A stretch of DNA of 64,000 nt, taken from NCBI GenBank assembly GCA_964016885.1, contig OZ024741.1, forward strand, positions 372,558,001-372,622,000, written 5' to 3'. Shown here in pieces: positions 61,775-64,000 of the stretch. The notes below the pieces were generated by a model, which worked only from the letters and a program-made list of their open reading frames with translations, was not told the DNA's origin and did not search any database. A program made the translations under genes and the position numbers. The first letter of the stretch is position 1. Every line of letters starts with the position of its first letter. The DNA is from Eledone cirrhosa (lineage: Eukaryota).

Positions 61775-64000
61775 ACCAGAACAACCTGCCACCCTCTACA
61801 CTCCATCATAAACTGCGAGCAGGGTACAAATTGTTGTCCTTAAATGCTCGCAGTTTATGCAACAAGATACATCTGTTTGAATCCTACGTCAGAAGCATCG
61901 ACCCTGACTTCATCACAGTCACAGAAACATGGGCACATTCCTTACTCTGTGATGGGGTTTTCAGCATTACTGGGTACAACCTTTTCCACAAGGACCGCAT
62001 TAATCGCCGTGGTGGTGGTGTGATGGTCTACGTTCGTTCAAACTTTTCGGTAATTCCTTGCGTTGATTTGAACGAATCACAGGAAGAAGTTTTTTTCTGT
62101 GACATACGTATGACCATGTCAACACTTCTGCTTGGTGTTGTTTATCGCCCCCCAAACTACCATCAGGACACACAGCTTTGCAATATCCTCAGAGTTGCTG
62201 CCAAGAAAACAGCCACTTATGTGTTTATTGCAGGTGACTTCAATCATCCTGAGATCGATTGGGAAACCTTTCGTTGGCCACAAGGTGCAAATGATTTCCT
62301 TGAACTCGTGCTGGACTCAAACTGGTCACAAGTAGTCACCTCTCCAACAAGAGGTGACAACACTTTGGACCTGATCTTCACCACTACTCCTGAAGTGGTT
62401 ATCAGTTGTACTACTGAGGAACCTCTAGGCGACTCTGATCATGCTATGATCATTGCCAATCTGGCACTTGAGGGCAGCAACAAAAACCAGAGCCATCTCC
62501 AATCTGCTTGCTTTGATTGGAAGAAAGCAGATTGGAACTTGTACTGCACTGAGCTACAGCGCCCAAACTGGCATGAGATGTATAACTCTGGAGATGTGAA
62601 CACTATACTCCAGAGCATCCTGGACTCAATATGGATAGTGTGTGCAGCATCGGTGCCACGTAAGCAGAAAAAAAAACACCCCAAAAGTGCAATTTGGGAA
62701 ACTTCAGTGGTCCGACTTGCCAGGAAAGAACGTCGGAACTATGAACGGGAATATAAACTGCATAAATCAGATGCCAACAGAAAAAAGCTGAATAAATCTT
62801 CTAACCATCTCAAGCAAGTGACAAAGAAGGCAGTGCTTGAATTTGAACAGTGCATAGCAACCAATCCTGACAGTAAGGTGTTCTGGAAATATGTTCATTC
62901 AAAGCAGAGACCTCACTCTCCAGTTGGTCCTCTTCGCAATCCCCACACAAGCCAGATCACTGACGATCCCAAAGAATGCGCAGAACTCATTGCTGAATGC
63001 TATGCAAGTATTTTTACTGTTGAAAACCAGAATGTACCATCTCCACCATCTCTAACATCAAATTCCATAACAACTATGGAATTTACACCGGCAATGTTGC
63101 GACGTCACCTTAAGAATAAGCGCAACTATGCCTCCCCTGGTCTTGATGGTGTGACATACCTGCTTCTCAAATGTGGCGGGTATTTCCTTTTGCGCCAGCT
63201 TTCTTTCTTCTTTCAATACTGTCTCAACAATGGTGCTACTCCGGAGCAGTGGAAAACTGCCAGTGTCATTCCCCTGTTCAAAAAGGGCAACCGCATGTCA
63301 CCTGTCAACTATCGTCCAGTCAGTCTTACTAGCTGTATGGCCAAACTGATGGAATCCTGTGTCAGAGAAGCACTTTGGAACTTCTGGAGCTCGCACAGCC
63401 TCATCCGGCCCTCACAGTTTGGATTTATCCCTAACTCCAGCTGCTGTGATCAGCTTATCGAGTTCCTTGAAGACATCACCCGGATCACTGACAACGGCTC
63501 ATGGGTGGATGTTGTTTACCTTGACTTTGCTAAGGCTTTTAATTCTGTGCCACACAAAAGACTTATGGCAAAACTCTCTGCAATGGGTGTGAGGGATGAT
63601 CTTTTCGACTGGTTGAAATCCTTCATTCTCAGCCGAAAAGAAGTAGTCACGGTTCTAGGACAGCATTCTTCACCATATGAGATGTCATCTGGTGTACCAC
63701 AGGGATCTGTTCTTGGTCCCCTTTTGTTTGTGGCATATATTAATGACATAGATGCCAACTTACAGAATGCCACGGTACTGAAATATGCAGATGACATCAA
63801 GCTGTACCTTGAAATCAAAAGGACTGATCCTGAAATTTACAACTCGTTCCTACAATCAGACCTGGACACAATGCAGCAATGGATCACAGACTGGCAACTG
63901 AAGCTGGCTGTGGACAAGTGTACCACCATGCATTTTGGGAGGAAAAATCCAGCGTCCACATACTCCCTCCACAACACTGATATCAAGAAGTCCTCTTGTG
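61747..64000 (+). CDS. CR1-group LINE ORF2 (APE endonuclease + RT), uninterrupted to the window end
   Basis: SLNARSL, ITVTETW, GGGV, VYRPP, GDFN, LDL, SDH; SPGLDG, YRPVSLT, LDFAKAF, QGSVLGP, YADD; no stop seen, and no ATG before endonuclease motifs I-II. Confidence 0.92.

Overview
Eukaryotic, AT-rich, microsatellite- and retroelement-dense DNA. The SINE/RTE repertoire and the tandem C2H2 gene suggest a coleoid cephalopod (octopus-like); this is an inference. Two host loci point away from a candidate shared promoter near 32.1 kb. On the minus strand is a large coding exon (2175 to <1) with poly-N/Q/D tracts and 11 C2H2 zinc fingers. On the plus strand is a gene missed by the ORF track: three short exons (32215-32263, 59457-59548, 60961-61041) splice in frame into a degenerate DnaJ J-domain, with an in-frame TGA at the Trp position and HPD replaced by LLG. 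The rest is mobile DNA. It includes an intact full-length RTE LINE with ~512-bp 5' tandem monomers and a PHD finger inserted in its RT, a decayed second copy and many fragments, a C2H2-tailed RTE, a Tx1/L1, an uninterrupted CR1-type ORF2 behind a GGGAAAC slippery site, CRE-like remnants, about 15 tRNA-SINEs, and hAT/mariner/piggyBac-like MITEs. There are also many unrelated non-coding Penelope-like inserts in (TA)n tracts that carry minimal hammerhead ribozymes and form long palindromes. All calls were made by eye, without database searches.
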